Virus record (IMG/VR): IMGVR_UViG_3300036715_002161
Location: 32,001 to 96,000 of that record
Reading direction: 5' to 3' (one strand)
Length of the DNA stretch: 64,000 bases
From: a virus
A model generated the notes under the pieces. It did not search any database and was not told the DNA's origin. It saw nothing but the letters and a program-made list of their open reading frames with translations. This document shows positions 1-10,096 of the stretch, in pieces. Every line of letters starts with the position of its first letter. Within the stretch, counting starts at the first letter, position 1. The position numbers and the translations under genes were made by a program.

Positions 1-13
1 TCTTTCTGACAAT

Positions 14-361
14 ATGATGACTTCAAAAGGGCCCAGGTCTGAACTTGGTCTTACCAAGGAGACTAAACTAGTATTGATAAACGGTACTGTCCAGATATTA
101 ATCCAGTCAAGATTCGAAGGTACCTGTGAAAAGATTACAGATTATACAGAACACTTTCTGGTTTGGGCGGCACAGTTTTTGTGTAATACTCAAGGATTTA
201 AAACCTTTGGATTACCTCTTCAGGTAAGTCCTTGTACCCCAAACCGGGAGGATAATGAGATATTCGAAGTCTCCCTTGGTATACCTTGGAGCATGGAAGA
301 AAGCTGGAGCATAAGTGACGATGCCATAGTTTTGAAAAACATTAACTTTAGTATAGACTAA
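14..361 (+). CDS. hypothetical protein (may be 5'-truncated by window edge)
   Basis: ORF track; no recognisable motif. Confidence 0.5.
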   Translation: MMTSKGPRSELGLTKETKLVLINGTVQILIQSRFEGTCEKITDYTEHFLVWAAQFLCNTQGFKTFGLPLQVSPCTPNREDNEIFEVSLGIPWSMEESWSISDDAIVLKNINFSID

Positions 362-396
362 GAGTTAAAATAAAGTATTATTTAGGAATATAATAA

Positions 397-3033
397 ATGT
401 CTTATATCAAGCCAAGCCCCCAGATTTATCAGGAGTTACAAAACTCCGGTGGTGTAGCCAATTCCACCCCTGATCTGGATACCTGTATTATTGGTCCGCT
501 GTATAATAACCTGGCCTATGTCCCAGGTAGCTTGGCTAGCCAAATTGAAACGGCGGCCAAATCAACTGTCTATACCACTGGTTCTATGACGGCCAAGTCT
601 GCCCTGTTGACCGTAACCGCCACTGGTAGTATTGCAGTCGGAGCAGTAGCCCTGGTCCCAGGAGCTGGTCTAGGGGCGGCCACCCTACAGGCAATAGTCC
701 TAGGGATTGCAGGTAATGTAATTACTCTAGATACTGTAGCCAGTACCACTGTGACTGATGTACTTGTCTCTACTAAAGCTTCTATTACAAATCCACAGGC
801 GTCCAATACTTTCTCTCTACCCAATCAAATCCCAGGTCAGATGGTAGATGCTTCCTCGATTAACTTGGTAGTAAGCAATGCTAAAGTTCAGACTATGCTC
901 ACCGGTTTTCTAGGGCAATCAGGCTCTAGTCTATTATCTGTCCTAATTCCCAGTGGTATTACAGGAACCGGTACTGGCGGAACTAACTCTCTGACACTGA
1001 ATAGTGTATCGAGTGCTAATAAACTAGTTGTTGGTGATGTAATCTCTGTGGCAGGTACCACTTTTGCAGGTGGTGGGTCCTCAGCTATTATTACATCTAA
1101 AACTAGTACTGTATTGACCCTATCAGCTGCCCTGGTAGGCACAGTAAATACTGCCGCCGTCACAAAGACGATTCCGTCTAACTTGAACAGTGTGACCAAT
1201 ACCCTTAGAGCTGAACCAGGTGATACACTAAGCCTATCTTATGTAAATACTTCTGGCTCTTCAGTACTGTACAGTTCAGTTATTAGAAGTGTAGTTACCT
1301 CTACAGGTAACAGTGGCACTATGTCTACTATCAATGCATTTGATCAAATGCCTGCTGATATGAGTTTTGTAGGTGTAGGTACCATTTCACTAAGTACTCC
1401 TACGACACTGACCTTAGTATCTAATCCAGGTTTTGCCGCCGGGCAAAAAATAGTTGTATCTGGAGCTGGCACGAGTGGTTCTGACCTAGTTACTGATATT
1501 ACTGGTTTGTCAGGTCTGACCTTAACTCTTCTTGCCGGGGCAAGTACTGCCGTAGCAGGGGCCGCCGTTATTAGTAGTCCTACCGTCTCTTTGATGGTCT
1601 TAAAGTCATATCAGGATTTGGTCGTTCCAATTACACGTCCAATTTCAGGCGGAACCTCATATAACACTACTGCCACTGGAACTACCGGTAATGTAGTAAT
1701 TAATCCCAACCCAGAAGTTAATTTTGGACAGATTGCCTCAGGCGATGTTTACTTCGGCTACAGAGCTCTTCGTACCGACAAGACCAATCAGATCCTTACT
1801 ATAAATAACGCAAGTGATGCAGCAGGCCAACTTGGTGATCTTACAGATGCCAACCCTCTGGGTCTAGGATGTATAATGGCCTTGGCCAATACTACTGGCC
1901 GTATCAAGGCTATTGCAGTTGGAAGTGAAGATCTTTTTGGATATGAACAAGCTTTATTTACCAGTCAGGCAGAACGACTATATTGTATCGTACCATTGAC
2001 CCAAGACCCCTCTATTCTAGAGGCATGTAGTCTACATGCAATAGAACAGTCTACACCAGACAAAGCAGCCTGGAGAGTGGTAGTTGTTAATAAGGCTATT
2101 CCACAGAATTTAGATATTGGTGCCGCCTCTGCGACCAATCCTACTGTTGGGGCTTCTATAGCCCTGTCAGGTAGTAGCTATGTTCTTACCTCTACGGCCT
2201 CAACCTTTATAAGTGATGGTATCTCTGCCGGAGATACGGTCAAAGTGGTTGCAACCAGTCTAGGGGCTACAAACCTTTCTTATACTGTCCTATCTATTGT
2301 CAGTAATCAGCAATTGGTTATTTCAGCCACTTCCGGAGCTACAGCAGTACAGTTATACATTTCCCGCCCCTTGACCCGTAGCCAACAGGCCGCCGAGGTT
2401 GCTGCAAGTGCCCATAACTATAATTCTAACCGTACTTGGATGGTTGGTCCCGATGTAGCTGGTATTGAAGTAGATGGAGTGGTAAAGAATCTTCCAGGTT
2501 ATTATATTGCATGTGCCCATGCCGGTCTTGTTTCAGGTCTACCCGTTCAACAAGGTATGACCAACATCGGTGTTGCAGGTATTACCAATCTAGTCCATTC
2601 CAACTATTATTTTTCCAAGGACGACCTCAATACAATGGCCGCAGCCGGTGTATGTATGTATGTCCAAGATAGTCAGACGGGTACACCTTATATTAGACAT
2701 GCTCTTACCACGGATACTACAGTTCTAGAGTATCGTGAACAGCTTGTTGTAAAAAACTGGGACTTCCTGTCTTACTTTTATTATGATCTGGTTAAGTCCT
2801 TTATCGGAACCTGGAATACCACTACGGCAACCTTTGGTATTATTCGCCAAACCATTGATGCAGGCTCTGCCCTATTGAAGAGTAAGCCTCTTCCCAGAAT
2901 TGGTCCTCCCTTGATTGATGCAAAAATTAAAAGCATGGGACAAGATCCGGTTAACAAAGATACTGGTAATGTAGTTATGTCAGTCAGTGTAGTTTATCCA
3001 TTAAACTATCTGAATATTTATTTAGTTATTTAA
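397..3033 (+). CDS. contractile tail sheath protein with long Thr/Ser/Gly-rich inserted domains
   Basis: 878 aa; sheath-like C-terminus (IRHALTTD...EQLVVKNWDF...VVYPLNYLNIYLVI); precedes tube-like gene; AGGA SD and TAAAATA motif upstream. Confidence 0.8.
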   Translation: MSYIKPSPQIYQELQNSGGVANSTPDLDTCIIGPLYNNLAYVPGSLASQIETAAKSTVYTTGSMTAKSALLTVTATGSIAVGAVALVPGAGLGAATLQAIVLGIAGNVITLDTVASTTVTDVLVSTKASITNPQASNTFSLPNQIPGQMVDASSINLVVSNAKVQTMLTGFLGQSGSSLLSVLIPSGITGTGTGGTNSLTLNSVSSANKLVVGDVISVAGTTFAGGGSSAIITSKTSTVLTLSAALVGTVNTAAVTKTIPSNLNSVTNTLRAEPGDTLSLSYVNTSGSSVLYSSVIRSVVTSTGNSGTMSTINAFDQMPADMSFVGVGTISLSTPTTLTLVSNPGFAAGQKIVVSGAGTSGSDLVTDITGLSGLTLTLLAGASTAVAGAAVISSPTVSLMVLKSYQDLVVPITRPISGGTSYNTTATGTTGNVVINPNPEVNFGQIASGDVYFGYRALRTDKTNQILTINNASDAAGQLGDLTDANPLGLGCIMALANTTGRIKAIAVGSEDLFGYEQALFTSQAERLYCIVPLTQDPSILEACSLHAIEQSTPDKAAWRVVVVNKAIPQNLDIGAASATNPTVGASIALSGSSYVLTSTASTFISDGISAGDTVKVVATSLGATNLSYTVLSIVSNQQLVISATSGATAVQLYISRPLTRSQQAAEVAASAHNYNSNRTWMVGPDVAGIEVDGVVKNLPGYYIACAHAGLVSGLPVQQGMTNIGVAGITNLVHSNYYFSKDDLNTMAAAGVCMYVQDSQTGTPYIRHALTTDTTVLEYREQLVVKNWDFLSYFYYDLVKSFIGTWNTTTATFGIIRQTIDAGSALLKSKPLPRIGPPLIDAKIKSMGQDPVNKDTGNVVMSVSVVYPLNYLNIYLVI

Positions 3034-3045
3034 TAGGAAATTAAC

Positions 3046-3717
3046 ATGGCTGTAGAATCAGTAAATGATAGATTAGGCACTACCGTAGGTGCGGGCTTTG
3101 CTCCAGACTTTGACTGGAAAGGCAACTACGTATCCAGCCTTAATGATGATGGTCTTGAGCGATTTAGTCAATATTCGGCTTCACCAGATAGTACTCTGCT
3201 TTTGGCGGGGCCTGCCCGGTTTTCGGCAATTAGCTCACCCACGGTGTCCTTGACCCCAATCGGTCTAGTAGATGGTATTGGTATCCAACAGAATCCAAGC
3301 CTTAGTAGACTTTATGAGATTGGTTCTAACCGCAGTTTCTTCACTCGTGGTAAAACCGTCTCAAGTGTAAGCTTTAGTAAGATGTTGGCCGACCAGGCAA
3401 ACATCTTGGCCGCATGTACCCAAAATTCATATAAGCCTGTTACCGATTCTACTGGTACCAAAGCTCCGGGTAATAATACCAATCCAGAGATTCAAATGAA
3501 CTTGGACTCAGAAGTTTTTGGGGTTCCATTCGGCCTTCTATTAGTATTCAAGTCTAGGGGTGGTGATGACTCTGGTACAGGTAAAATCCTGACGGCTATC
3601 TACTTAGAAAATTGCATGTTTGCCAACTATAGTTTTAGTATAAGCTCAGGCCAACCTGTAATCATGGACTCTGTGGCAATGGAATATGATCGAACCGTTC
3701 CAGTCTCTCTGGTCTAA
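3046..3717 (+). CDS. tail tube protein
   Basis: Follows sheath; LSRLYEIGS and IYLENCMFANYSFSIS tube-like motifs; followed by terminator. Confidence 0.7.
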   Translation: MAVESVNDRLGTTVGAGFAPDFDWKGNYVSSLNDDGLERFSQYSASPDSTLLLAGPARFSAISSPTVSLTPIGLVDGIGIQQNPSLSRLYEIGSNRSFFTRGKTVSSVSFSKMLADQANILAACTQNSYKPVTDSTGTKAPGNNTNPEIQMNLDSEVFGVPFGLLLVFKSRGGDDSGTGKILTAIYLENCMFANYSFSISSGQPVIMDSVAMEYDRTVPVSLV

Positions 3718-3727
3718 AAAGAAAAGT

Positions 3728-3757
3728 AAAAACCCGTAGCTTTTACGGGTTTTTTTT
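3728..3757 (+). terminator. intrinsic terminator
   Basis: AAAAACCCGTA/TACGGGTTTTT hairpin with T-tract after tube gene. Confidence 0.85.
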
Positions 3758-3770
3758 CGGGGTAATTAAA

Positions 3771-4808
3771 TTGAGTATTTTAAATAGTTCTTTCAGATCT
3801 GATTCTGGCATGATGGAGGCCATAGTTACCTCTGTAGATCCCATTAAGTTCTTGTGTGACTGTAAAACCCTTAAAGGACAACGTCTACGAGGTGTTACCT
3901 GGCTACTTTCCAGCAGAACAGACAGCTTCACCCCAACTTCTGGAGACAGAGTGTTAATAACTACTGCTACCTCATATCCTTTAATACTAGGTCTAATTCC
4001 AGCCATAGGGCCTTCAGTTGATTTTTCTTCACAAATAGGTACCACAGGTCCCTCTACGGACCAAGGATCAGCTACAGGCCTTTCTAGTGGCTTTCAAAGC
4101 AATCCGTATAAACCAGCAGATTTTACTGCCGGAGATCATATCCAGACTAACTTGTCAGGAGGATTGGTAGGACTTCTGAGAGAGGGTACTGCTCTGGTAA
4201 GGGCAAGTCCCCTGGCCCAAATAATAGTCTCTAGGTGGGATGATCTGGTGAGAGTGGTTGGCCGCAACTATGATCTGATGTGTGATTTCAGTAGTGAGAC
4301 CATAGCCAATATATATGGCAGGCTATATAGATATTATGGATTTAACCGGGATTTAACCGGATCTAAGAATAGTCATTTTGAGTACACTGAAATCCATGGA
4401 GATGTAGCCGCAGGAGAACACTGTAAGGACGCACCTTTTGGAACACCTAAGCCAATACCCAGCCCAATTTCTATAGTAATTAAAAAAAGACTGATAGGTG
4501 CGGGTAGTGCTGGGGATGTAATGGTAGAAACCCTGGATGAATCTGGGGAAATGATAATTGTAATCGGTAACAGTACTCAGACGGCAAATGCCGGTACGAT
4601 AATAGACCGGGTCGGGACTTCGACTAGGACTACTGTAGCCAATCAAATACAGGACATTGTATCCAACTCTTCAGTAACCATCAATCCAAGTTCAATTTCA
4701 ATAAACTTCAATGATGTTTCCACGGCCATCTTTGATTCAACCGGGGTTAGAATAGAATCTCATAGTCATTATATGAGAGTGGATACTTCCGGAGTTCATT
4801 TTGGCTAA
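3771..4808 (+). CDS. baseplate spike/hub-like (gp5/gpV-type) protein
   Basis: OB-fold-like N-terminus (AIVTSVDP...PTSGDRVLI) and beta-repeat C-terminus with His pair (SHSH). Confidence 0.55.
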   Translation: MSILNSSFRSDSGMMEAIVTSVDPIKFLCDCKTLKGQRLRGVTWLLSSRTDSFTPTSGDRVLITTATSYPLILGLIPAIGPSVDFSSQIGTTGPSTDQGSATGLSSGFQSNPYKPADFTAGDHIQTNLSGGLVGLLREGTALVRASPLAQIIVSRWDDLVRVVGRNYDLMCDFSSETIANIYGRLYRYYGFNRDLTGSKNSHFEYTEIHGDVAAGEHCKDAPFGTPKPIPSPISIVIKKRLIGAGSAGDVMVETLDESGEMIIVIGNSTQTANAGTIIDRVGTSTRTTVANQIQDIVSNSSVTINPSSISINFNDVSTAIFDSTGVRIESHSHYMRVDTSGVHFG

Positions 4809-4841
4809 AACTAGGCCTCCCAATAGGGAGGATAGTTTAGG

Positions 4842-4949
4842 TTAATTAAAAGGTACTACAAACCTCTGTACTGCTTTATTGTAAAGATCCGGTACTTCCA
4901 CAAGATGGTATCCTTTCAGAGGTATAGGCCTCAGGGAAATGCTAGCCAT
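4842..4949 (-). CDS. possible 35-aa small protein (MASISLRPIPLKGYHLVEVPDLYNKAVQRFVVPFN)
   Basis: Read manually; lies between promoter at 4987-5015 and hairpin at 4816-4831; no clear SD. Confidence 0.3.
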   Translation of the reverse strand: MASISLRPIPLKGYHLVEVPDLYNKAVQRFVVPFN

Positions 4950-4986
4950 AACATTTGAGAAATCCCTAAGACTTCTATCTACTATT

Positions 4987-5015
4987 CTTATACCAAAAAT
5001 CAGAGTCCTTATTTA
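4987..5015 (-). promoter_or_regulatory. early promoter TAAATA-N17-(TGG)TATAAG
   Basis: Same motif as at 10466, 10805, 21123, 23116, 33794. Confidence 0.6.
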
Positions 5016-5028
5016 AAACCTTGGTAAC

Positions 5029-5433
5029 TTATATTGAGCTGATCAGTTCCTCTGGAATTTCAACCTCATCACCAAGTTTGCTGGCAACGTAGCAGCGCAT
5101 GGCTGTTATGAGTGGGGTGGGCCCAAACTTAATCCAATTTCCTTCGTAGTTGTGTATGTGACATTCACATTGGCTTTCTAGTCTGTATGCTTCAAGCCAT
5201 GTATGCTGTGTAAGCCCTTTGATGCGATCAATAATAGGCCCGCCTTGTTCCCAGTCGGTTGAAGGATTGAAATACACACGACTTCCGCCGTGATCTGGGT
5301 CGCCCCCAACACAGATAAGAAGCCACTTGCCCTCAATCAATTTGACATTACCAATTGGGTACATGGCATCTTCACACTTCGCCACCGCCCAATCCAGGGC
5401 TAGTCCGGTTAGTTCTTCTGTTTTCATTTTCAT
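5029..5433 (-). CDS. NinX/DUF2591-like phage protein
   Basis: ELTGLALDWAVAKCE...PSTDWEQGGPII...GPTPLITAMRCYVASKLGDEVEIPEEL. Confidence 0.7.
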   Translation of the reverse strand: MKMKTEELTGLALDWAVAKCEDAMYPIGNVKLIEGKWLLICVGGDPDHGGSRVYFNPSTDWEQGGPIIDRIKGLTQHTWLEAYRLESQCECHIHNYEGNWIKFGPTPLITAMRCYVASKLGDEVEIPEELISSI

Positions 5434-6020
5434 TTCAGCTCCTCCGGCATTTCAACTTCTTCACCAAGCCTGCTGGCAACATAGTATCGTAGGGCAGCAA
5501 TGAGTAGGGTTTCCCCATAGCTTATCCTTCCATATAAATAACCTCGGGCTTGCCACTTCCCTGCAATCCAGTTCGCCCCTATCTTCTCACGCTCAATAAT
5601 AGGCCCGCCTTGTTCCCAATAAGTGGATGGATTCCATGGCATCCACAAGTCCCAGTGATCTGGTAACTCGTTACCGTCTTCAGTTTGTCCCCTTACTTCC
5701 ATACTTCCACCTATGCTGAATCTAACCTTGCGATTATCACACTTTGCCACAGCCCAATTTAGAGCAGTGCCTGTTAGTTCTGCTATTTTGATTTTCATTT
5801 CAATCCCCCTTATCCCGTCTAGGTCCTCAACCCATATACTAGTATGGTTATTGGCCCATACATTCCCAATGCAGAGCAGCTTCCCACTCTCTGTCCTGGG
5901 GCAACAATCCATGCTTTTGTTTTCCCATATGTAGCAGCCTAAGCACTTGCCCTTGATGGGAGTAGGCATTGTCTTGAGACTCACCTCCCTGACTATAGTA
6001 ACGTTCGTTTTGATTTTCAT
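5430..6020 (-). CDS. NinX/DUF2591-like protein fused to an N-terminal Cys-rich module
   Basis: Internal MKIKIAELTGTALNWAVAK...; N-terminal part paralogous to N-terminus of 7077..7526. Confidence 0.65.
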   Translation of the reverse strand: MKIKTNVTIVREVSLKTMPTPIKGKCLGCYIWENKSMDCCPRTESGKLLCIGNVWANNHTSIWVEDLDGIRGIEMKIKIAELTGTALNWAVAKCDNRKVRFSIGGSMEVRGQTEDGNELPDHWDLWMPWNPSTYWEQGGPIIEREKIGANWIAGKWQARGYLYGRISYGETLLIAALRYYVASRLGEEVEMPEELK

Positions 6021-6505
6021 TTCAGTTCCTCAGGTATTTCAACTTCTTCACCAAGTGTGTTGGCAACATAACATCGTAGGGCAGCAATGAGTGGAGTTGG
6101 GCCGACATATGTGTCACTTTTGTAAAGTATTATAGATTTGTCTTCGTGCCAGGTAGTGTAGCTCCAATCCCAGGATTGCGATTCTATTGTTGCTACCCAG
6201 TAGTTGCACGGCTTACCTAAATCACGGGAACACTGAAAGATACCAATACCCTCACGCTCAATAATAGGCCACATATCAGCGCCCGTGTACTCAACGGGAT
6301 TACCGAATAGACCTACAGGCTTGCCGTTCAGCAAGAAACGATGCTCCCCTACCTTGTTCTTGTAGGTAGTGTTTGGATTGATGTCATCCCAGTTCCACAC
6401 CTGGGGCACTCTTTCGTTCATTACAACGGCTACTTGCATACCTTCTGCTTTGGCCATCAGCCAGTCGAGCTGCAACTTGGTTGCGTCTGCTACTTTTATT
6501 TTCAT
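6017..6505 (-). CDS. NinX/DUF2591-like phage protein
   Basis: LDWLMAKAEG...PIIEREGI...GPTPLIAALRCYVA..LGEEVEIPEELK. Confidence 0.7.
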   Translation of the reverse strand: MKIKVADATKLQLDWLMAKAEGMQVAVVMNERVPQVWNWDDINPNTTYKNKVGEHRFLLNGKPVGLFGNPVEYTGADMWPIIEREGIGIFQCSRDLGKPCNYWVATIESQSWDWSYTTWHEDKSIILYKSDTYVGPTPLIAALRCYVANTLGEEVEIPEELK

Positions 6506-6559
6506 AGGTAACCCTCCAGAGCCTAGTCTATTTCAACTTCTTGTGCATAGAGTCCGACC

Positions 6560-6844
6560 TCATGTTTTCAACTCCAGATTATGAAGTAAAGTTTCAACTG
6601 CGCACAGCGTCTCCCATGTCGGCGCTTTAGACGTCCCCACTTCCCCGCCGATGCATTCATTCGCCAGCTTGCTTAAGGCCGCCAGCATATCCGGTGCCGC
6701 CGCGATTAAGTGGGCATTTGCTTTTTCGGTTGCTAGAGGAAGCTCCATGTTGTCACATTGACAGATAATACCAATCCCATCCCGTGCGTAAACACGGTGA
6801 GGGTTGGTGCCTTTGACGACCCAGGGGCCTGGTGTATGTCTCAT
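6560..6844 (-). CDS. phage hypothetical protein (HTPGPW...ANAHLIAAAPDML family)
   Basis: Common phage motif; ATGA overlap with upstream gene. Confidence 0.6.
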   Translation of the reverse strand: MRHTPGPWVVKGTNPHRVYARDGIGIICQCDNMELPLATEKANAHLIAAAPDMLAALSKLANECIGGEVGTSKAPTWETLCAVETLLHNLELKT

Positions 6845-7080
6845 GTTTTCACTCCATCTAAGATATTCGTTGCATCCCCGGCGGTGATGATGCCCATTAA
6901 ACGCAGTGCAATTACGTTTGGCACTGTTGCCGCAATCCATACGTCATACATACCCGAGGTCCAGTTAGGGTGCTTGCTCTTTTTTATCAGGTCGGGAAGT
7001 TGGGCGATGCCTTTGTCGTTGGCGGCAAAGTGAATGTCCACGCCACGCCGAAAGCCCACGCAGAAAATATCAGGGTTCAT
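6841..7080 (-). CDS. hypothetical protein
   Basis: Translationally coupled on both sides. Confidence 0.55.
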   Translation of the reverse strand: MNPDIFCVGFRRGVDIHFAANDKGIAQLPDLIKKSKHPNWTSGMYDVWIAATVPNVIALRLMGIITAGDATNILDGVKT

Positions 7081-7526
7081 TTCGACTCCTCAATGAGCCC
7101 GCGCCACGGGGCGTGCTTGTACTTTGTGCTCTGATCATGGTGCTTGCACCCGAACTCGTATATCGCATTCTGCTTGCCACAGCCCCAGATGTACCAGACC
7201 TCACCGTCGAAGTAGTGATAGTTATTATCATCATCTTGGACATCGAATAGAGTGTCAGGTATTACTGAGAACTGGCGCTGATACAGGCCTGGTTCTTGGG
7301 GCAGGGTGTATCCGTCCTGCCAACTACTGACCACATAGACTGGCGTGGCCTCAACCCAAACAATATCTTCCTCTTCCTCTTGGCAGATCAAGTGTCCGTC
7401 CTTCCCCCCGGAGCAGTCCTTGGTGTTGTAGTTCTCAAACAGGTAACAGCCGAAGCATAGGCCCTTCCTGGGGGCTGGCATTTTCTTGAGACTCACACCT
7501 TTGATCGTAATAGTTTTGGTTTTCAT
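7077..7526 (-). CDS. hypothetical protein
   Basis: Coupled ORF; N-terminus paralogous to 5430..6020. Confidence 0.6.
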   Translation of the reverse strand: MKTKTITIKGVSLKKMPAPRKGLCFGCYLFENYNTKDCSGGKDGHLICQEEEEDIVWVEATPVYVVSSWQDGYTLPQEPGLYQRQFSVIPDTLFDVQDDDNNYHYFDGEVWYIWGCGKQNAIYEFGCKHHDQSTKYKHAPWRGLIEESK

Positions 7527-7894
7527 TTCAGATCCTCTGGAATTTCCACTTCGTCACCCAGCTTGCTGGCAACGTAACAGCGCATGGCTGCGATTATAGG
7601 CGTGGGGCCATAACTCCACAGTGCTTTTCTATCTCTATACGTACGTGCTCCCCATCCGGCTGTACCGTTAGGATCTCTTATGATGTCTATGCTTTCCCGC
7701 TCAATAATCGGCCCGACTTCTTCCCAACCCAGGAACGGCGTGTAGCAGGCTGGAGATGGTAGCTCAGGTACAACAATCTGATCACTTGCATAGTGTATCC
7801 CTATTGTTTCTCCCCACACCAAGTGTGGCATCTCTATCATGCAGACGGAATAGCAAAGGGCCTTTCCCGATAGTTCTGCTGTTTTGATTTTCAT
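7523..7894 (-). CDS. NinX/DUF2591-like phage protein
   Basis: MKIKTAELSGKAL...GPIIERESI...GPTPIIAAMRCYVASKLGDEVEIPEDLK. Confidence 0.7.
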   Translation of the reverse strand: MKIKTAELSGKALCYSVCMIEMPHLVWGETIGIHYASDQIVVPELPSPACYTPFLGWEEVGPIIERESIDIIRDPNGTAGWGARTYRDRKALWSYGPTPIIAAMRCYVASKLGDEVEIPEDLK

Positions 7895-8002
7895 TCTAAG
7901 TCCTTGAAGCAAAGTGTAGCGTAGTGGGTTCAGCCTCTCCAGCATGTTTTGATATCAAATTAGTGGGGTACTTTTCATCTTCAGTTCTCCTATGGTCAGT
8001 CT

Positions 8003-8605
8003 TTAGGACCTTTCCATATCTCTTGCAGTCTCTTGCCATGGCGCTCGGCCTTCACACATTTTGATGAACATCGCTTTTTGAGCTTCTTCCTCAGTATCCC
8101 TATCAGAAGCCCATAGAGTAGCCTGCTCTGCTGCTTGTGGAGCATACTTCGAAGTAACCCAGACAGCAGCGCGAGAAGCATCCCATTCATCGGCGTTCTG
8201 TGCAGCGCGAGCTGCATCCCTAGCAGCAACCCACGCATCAGTTAAGTCCATATCTGTAGCCCTTCCATTGGCGTATAACGTTGCTATGTCCAGAGCTATT
8301 AAGCTATGTGGACTAGTCATCAAGTGTTGTACCCTTCTAGCACACCAAACAGCAAATAGACGTGCGTCTCTTTCTATACCTGGGATACAGCGGAGCGCCC
8401 ATAATGCGTTATCTAGACAGTTACTATGTACTATTGAAGACAGTAGTATATCTCCCTTATGTGCGTAACGTATATAGGATTTTCTAATGGAATCTTTGCA
8501 GGTGAAGGGGAGTCCCTGAAGGCTTCTAACTACCTTGTTATAACTTTCAAAATAGGCTCCTTTTTTACGTAGATCGGAAAGGGTTACTGTAATAGGATAG
8601 TTCAT
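8003..8605 (-). CDS. phage protein of RLFAVWCARRVQHL family (Imm5-like)
   Basis: Paralog of 11814..12395. Confidence 0.6.
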   Translation of the reverse strand: MNYPITVTLSDLRKKGAYFESYNKVVRSLQGLPFTCKDSIRKSYIRYAHKGDILLSSIVHSNCLDNALWALRCIPGIERDARLFAVWCARRVQHLMTSPHSLIALDIATLYANGRATDMDLTDAWVAARDAARAAQNADEWDASRAAVWVTSKYAPQAAEQATLWASDRDTEEEAQKAMFIKMCEGRAPWQETARDMERS

Positions 8606-8624
8606 TTTAGTTCCTCTGCTATCG

Positions 8625-8645
8625 CTGGTTATCTCTACGTTAGAC
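8625..8645 (+). repeat. attC-like half site (L'-R')
   Basis: GGTTATCTCTAC-GTTAGAC. Confidence 0.5.
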
Positions 8646-8647
8646 TC

Positions 8648-8923
8648 CTAAACCAGCGAGTATCCGTCCTCAAAAGCTTTTGCTGGTGAATATGACTGAT
8701 ACCCGTCCTCATATACAACATAGTAGCCGCCCACATCAGGACTGTGCTTTTGCATATATTCATGCGGCACACGAAACGGTTCATACCTCGTGTTGGCTGG
8801 GTGAATCATCATGCTGCCGTCACTCTCATTTCCTGGTTGAGTCGGGTCAACCATGTTGTAAATTTTCAGCGCCCACACTTCCTTGTGGCATCTGTACTTT
8901 GGCATTTCTAAGCTTGCATTCAT
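8648..8923 (-). CDS. phage hypothetical protein
   Basis: MPKYRCHKEVWALKI...GGYYVVYEDGYQSYSPAKAFEDGY, widespread phage motif. Confidence 0.65.
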   Translation of the reverse strand: MNASLEMPKYRCHKEVWALKIYNMVDPTQPGNESDGSMMIHPANTRYEPFRVPHEYMQKHSPDVGGYYVVYEDGYQSYSPAKAFEDGYSLV

Positions 8924-8960
8924 GGTATTTCCTTTGTTGCGCCACACTTCAAGGGCAGTG

Positions 8961-9022
8961 GGCTAACCCTACGTTCGAGCGGACGCTGGTAAAGCGTCAT
9001 GCCCCTCAACTACACGTTATGG
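8961..9022 (+). repeat. integron attC-like site (complete)
   Basis: GGCTAAC-cctacg-TTCGAGCGG-ACGCT..AGCGT..CCCCTCAA-ctacac-GTTATGG. Confidence 0.75.
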
Positions 9023-9262
9023 CACACGAACCACTACGCGCCACTTGAATATAAAAAATCCACGCATCTCTACGTGCCCGATCTTTCCTTTTACCATTTC
9101 GTTAAAGCTTTCTACGGTCATCCATCCGTCTATGTCCGTCTTGATCGCCTTGGCTGCTTGAGATACATCCAAGATAATTACTTCTGATAATCCCCATCCG
9201 CAGCGATGGAATAGACATACGTCGCCTTTCTTGTATGCCACTTGTGCTGTTTCGAGTTTCAT
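9017..9262 (-). CDS. hypothetical cassette-like ORF
   Basis: Stop TAA lies inside the attC R' box. Confidence 0.6.
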   Translation of the reverse strand: MKLETAQVAYKKGDVCLFHRCGWGLSEVIILDVSQAAKAIKTDIDGWMTVESFNEMVKGKIGHVEMRGFFIFKWRVVVRVP

Positions 9263-9263
9263 T

Positions 9264-9521
9264 TCAATCCCCCTCTATGGTTGTTAAGTTAATTTGGAAA
9301 TACTCAGCCAGCTCGGACCTATTTCTCATTACACTAAAGTAGGTACTGCCAATATTACAATCTTCAGGTTTGGGATAATCGGGGAACTCACCGTCCCAGT
9401 TAACCACGGCTATCTCTGTGCGCCACTGCAAAGCCTGCCCATCAGTCTTGAATAATCGCAGTAGCGTGCAGTACTTAGTAATCCACTGTGCTACTACTAC
9501 GCTTTGCTGTTCTTCACTCAT
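9264..9521 (-). CDS. hypothetical protein
   Basis: Paralog of 15600..15854 (MSEEQQSVV). Confidence 0.6.
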   Translation of the reverse strand: MSEEQQSVVVAQWITKYCTLLRLFKTDGQALQWRTEIAVVNWDGEFPDYPKPEDCNIGSTYFSVMRNRSELAEYFQINLTTIEGD

Positions 9522-9522
9522 G

Positions 9523-9747
9523 TCAGCTTTCCTTTGTTACCGCCGAAAAGAACCTGTCGCCTTTACCTGTAGGCTGTACAGTCATTGGGTCAAATCCCAT
9601 CTTCTCGCCAAGTTTGGCCCAGGCTGCATTTGCGTTTTCCTGAACGCTACGCACCGTGGCACATTGGAGCGCGATCATCGGTACTGGCCTCATTGCGTCA
9701 AACAGCGCAGTAAGATCATCGGCTGTCATTTCATAGTTTGTCCGCAT
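9523..9747 (-). CDS. hypothetical protein
   Basis: AAGGA SD; packed in operon. Confidence 0.6.
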   Translation of the reverse strand: MRTNYEMTADDLTALFDAMRPVPMIALQCATVRSVQENANAAWAKLGEKMGFDPMTVQPTGKGDRFFSAVTKES

Positions 9748-9759
9748 TTCGTTTCCTTT

Positions 9760-10086
9760 TCAAATTGCTCGTGTCTTCAAAACCTCGCCTGCTTCAAGTA
9801 ATGCAGCAGGATCGTATGCTATACCCACGGACCCATCAGCCCTGCGAATGACCAGTCTAGCGAAAAGGTTGGCAATTTTTCTGAGTCGCTCAATCTCGGC
9901 TGCCTCATCTCGCAAAGTGAGAAGGTCTGCAATCGCATTGGAGTACTTGTTAATGGCATTGACGGCATCATTGTGGTGTACCCCAAACATATCACCGTCG
10001 TCAAAGGCGAAGGCTATCTTTGCTAACTTCTCCGCATCTTTCAGTGCGGCTATCGCCCTGTTAATTACTTCGTTCTTTGTGTCCAT
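9760..10086 (-). CDS. hypothetical protein
   Basis: GGAG SD just after an attC-like site. Confidence 0.6.
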   Translation of the reverse strand: MDTKNEVINRAIAALKDAEKLAKIAFAFDDGDMFGVHHNDAVNAINKYSNAIADLLTLRDEAAEIERLRKIANLFARLVIRRADGSVGIAYDPAALLEAGEVLKTRAI

Positions 10087-10096
10087 ATTTTCTCCG

